A stretch of 64,000 nt of DNA from Candidatus Zixiibacteriota bacterium (lineage in GTDB: Bacteria; UBP14; UBA6098): contig DSAF01000158.1 in the NCBI GenBank assembly GCA_011388305.1, forward strand, positions 2,212 to 66,211, in the 5' to 3' direction. A program made the translations under genes and the position numbers. The first letter of the stretch is position 1. Every line of letters starts with the position of its first letter. Shown one piece after another: positions 61,978 through 64,000 of this stretch. The notes below the pieces were generated by a model. That model saw only the letters and a program-made list of their open reading frames with translations. It did no database searches and was not told the DNA's origin.

Positions 61978-64000
61978 ATGTCTAAAGTCAAATATCTCCT
62001 GCTTCCGTTATTATTCGTTTTCCCACTCATCGCCGGTTTTATGGAAATCGAGATTGTTCGCTCGGCGAACGATTTCGAGGTCGTCTCCGGCGATTTCGTT
62101 CGAGTATTTTCGGATGATTGCGTGGTGTGGGGCGAACCGGGGACGCCGCAAATTTTAGCGGAGGCGCTCCAAGTTCTAATTCCGCAAGGATTTGCGCTAA
62201 CCGACGCGAGCATTGATTCGGAGGTGTGGCGGCCATTGGCGGAGGGAGTTCCCTTTCCCGCGCAGAGTCCGGCGATTTTGTCCATACCCTCGCCGATGAT
62301 TGCCCCGCCGACTCCATCGGACTATCGCGCCGACAGGTGGTTTCCCGAAAACCCGCTTCTGGGCGCATCTTCGGGCAACATGTCGGGTTTCTCCATAGGC
62401 TCTGTCGTCCTATCGCCAATTCGCTGGAATCCCGCGATGGGCATCTGCGAGTTCCTCGAATCCGCGCGAATTACCATCGAATATGCACCGAACACATCGA
62501 TTTCGCCATCGCGAAGAACACCTCACAGCGATAGACATTGGCGGGAATCTATCGCCGGGATCGTCATAAATCCTCAAGAGATAAACAGTTATAGCTTCTC
62601 CGTCGATCCCTCTGCGTTCGATTACGCGATAATTTCGCCGCCGGCTTTCGAGCATCATTTTGCGCAACTTCTCGACCTTCGCCGAAGCTGGGGGCTACGC
62701 GACACGGTGCTCATCACGACGGATATTTACGCCTCTTTTCCGGGAATCGACCGCGCGGAAAAACTCCGCAACGCCATCAAGGATATCTTCATCGAGGAGG
62801 GGATAAGCTTCGTCCTGCTTGCGGGCGACACATCGCACATTCCGGCGCGCAAAGTCTTCGCGATGGACTGCCTTGCGGGCTTCTACCCCGACGAGAACGA
62901 GATTTTTGCCGACCTCTATTTCGCGGATTTGGACGGCGATTGGAATTTCAACGGCGACACTATTTTCGGCGAAATCGCCGACTCGATCGACATGTTCGCA
63001 GATGTCCACATCGGGCGCCTCTCACTCACAAATACGACCCAGCTCGCCGGGATTATCGGCAAACTCACGCGATACGAGAACAACCGCTCGGAGCATTTCG
63101 CCAATAGCGGCCTCATGCTTGCGCAAGTCCTCTGGCACGAACCATACACCGACGGCGCAATCTTCAAAGACGACCTCGTCTCGAATGTCTTTCCGGATCA
63201 TTTCGACTTCGGGCGCGTCTATGGCTCGCTCGGCGGAGACGCGCCCACCGCCCTCGACAGCATGAACACCGGCGCGAACTTCATCAACCATGCGGGGCAC
63301 GCGAATATTGCGGTGATGTGCATTGACCACGGCAGTTGCCTTTTCCTGACGGATATGGAACTTCTCGGCAATTTCGACAGACCGTCGATTCTCTACTCTA
63401 TCGGCTGTTGGCCGGCGGCGTTCGATAAGGACTGCATCGCCGAGCGATTCGTGAACAACCCGCATGGCGGGGGCGCGGCGTTCATTGGCAACAGTCGCTA
63501 TGGCTGGGGTTCGCCGGGCAACCCCGGGCGCGGATACTCCGAGGTGCTCGATAAGGCTTTCTGGGAGGAGATTTTCCGCGGGAATTACACACTCGGCGCG
63601 GCGCACGATTTGTCGAGGGCGCGCTATGTCCCGTTCGCGCAATGGGAGAACGTCTGGCGATGGGTCATCTATGAGCTGAATATCATCGGCGACCCCGCGA
63701 CGGGGGCCATCACCGGCTTCTCGCCGATTGGAATTACCTGCGATGTCGAGGGCGCGGATGTCGGCGTTCGTGTCGAGAGGTTAGGCGGCGCACCGGCAGG
63801 GGGGGCAATCGTTTCCGCACGAGACACTTACGGCCTCATTGATGAGGCGATGACCGACGCGCTCGGCTTCGCGGGATTGTCCATCGCGGGGGGAGTGCCG
63901 CCGATTATCATCACCGCGCGCCTCGATGGCGAGGGCGTTATCGCTGAGACGCTATGGGTCGCCGGCTCGGCGGGGTTTTTCCGTTGGGGATACTCGCCGG
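61978..64000 (+). CDS. peptidase C25 (gingipain-like cysteine peptidase) family protein, 3' partial; absent from the ORF track because it has no stop in the window
   Basis: ATG at 61978 with a signal peptide (MSKVKYLLLPLLFVFPLIAG). The frame is open for more than 670 codons to the window end. C25 signatures: FVLLAGDTSHIP, DLYFADLDGDWNFNGDTIFGE, VHIGRLSL, NHAGHAN, YSIGCWPAAFD. Confidence 0.8.
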   Translation, partial: MSKVKYLLLPLLFVFPLIAGFMEIEIVRSANDFEVVSGDFVRVFSDDCVVWGEPGTPQILAEALQVLIPQGFALTDASIDSEVWRPLAEGVPFPAQSPAILSIPSPMIAPPTPSDYRADRWFPENPLLGASSGNMSGFSIGSVVLSPIRWNPAMGICEFLESARITIEYAPNTSISPSRRTPHSDRHWRESIAGIVINPQEINSYSFSVDPSAFDYAIISPPAFEHHFAQLLDLRRSWGLRDTVLITTDIYASFPGIDRAEKLRNAIKDIFIEEGISFVLLAGDTSHIPARKVFAMDCLAGFYPDENEIFADLYFADLDGDWNFNGDTIFGEIADSIDMFADVHIGRLSLTNTTQLAGIIGKLTRYENNRSEHFANSGLMLAQVLWHEPYTDGAIFKDDLVSNVFPDHFDFGRVYGSLGGDAPTALDSMNTGANFINHAGHANIAVMCIDHGSCLFLTDMELLGNFDRPSILYSIGCWPAAFDKDCIAERFVNNPHGGGAAFIGNSRYGWGSPGNPGRGYSEVLDKAFWEEIFRGNYTLGAAHDLSRARYVPFAQWENVWRWVIYELNIIGDPATGAITGFSPIGITCDVEGADVGVRVERLGGAPAGGAIVSARDTYGLIDEAMTDALGFAGLSIAGGVPPIIITARLDGEGVIAETLWVAGSAGFFRWGYSP

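Overview
This is a GC-rich 64 kb bacterial contig, probably from an uncultured member of the FCB/Bacteroidota-like superphylum. The strongest lineage evidence is the type IX secretion system (T9SS): at least five secreted proteins end in the T9SS C-terminal sorting domain (...PNPFN... type), and the regulatory pair PorX (receiver plus PglZ domain) and a PorY-like kinase sits in the window.

Most of the window is ordinary chromosome:
- Housekeeping: proS (5' partial), DnaJ-like, tRNA-Lys, secD/secF, serS, tsaE, upp.
- Polysaccharide cluster: epimerase, DegT aminotransferase, Wzz-like, Wza-like, rfbB.
- Competence/type IV pilus-like cluster: ComEA, a prepilin-like protein, a PilM-like protein and a downstream membrane protein.
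- Other: a serpin, LptF/G-like permease, feoA-feoB plus a tiny Cys-rich membrane protein, a QueG-like Fe-S protein, two subtilisin (S8) proteases, LemA, DUF2085, a sigma-54 two-component pair, a Na/Pi cotransporter, and a gingipain-like C25 peptidase that runs off the 3' end and is missing from the ORF track.

An all-plus-strand surface-protein island (33.4-44.3 kb) carries five genes: a 1453-aa protein of tandem InlB-B-repeat-like modules, a tail-fibre-like GG-repeat protein, a T9SS-CTD protein, an SH3b protein and a lipoprotein with Ig-like repeats. Next to it is a 943-aa fusion of a GlmL/MutL-like ASKHA ATPase with four barrel-sandwich hybrid repeats.

The non-coding signals are the most unusual part:
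1. A ~135-nt GC-rich element occurs three times in intergenic DNA (4169-4304, 26711-26844 inverted, 56386-56522). It predicts an outer stem closing three hairpins, cloverleaf-like, with compensatory base changes between copies.
2. A ~125-nt leader is shared upstream of secD and of the gene downstream of secF.
3. A 110-nt telomere-like tract, (GGGTTTT)n/(GGGTTAA)n with 14 G3 runs, fills the entire serS upstream region.
4. A Y-shaped hairpin lies between porY and porX.
5. The PilM-like reading frame has no start codon and continues in-frame from the prepilin-like gene across a single TAG.

No CRISPR array, rRNA, transposase or integrase was seen.
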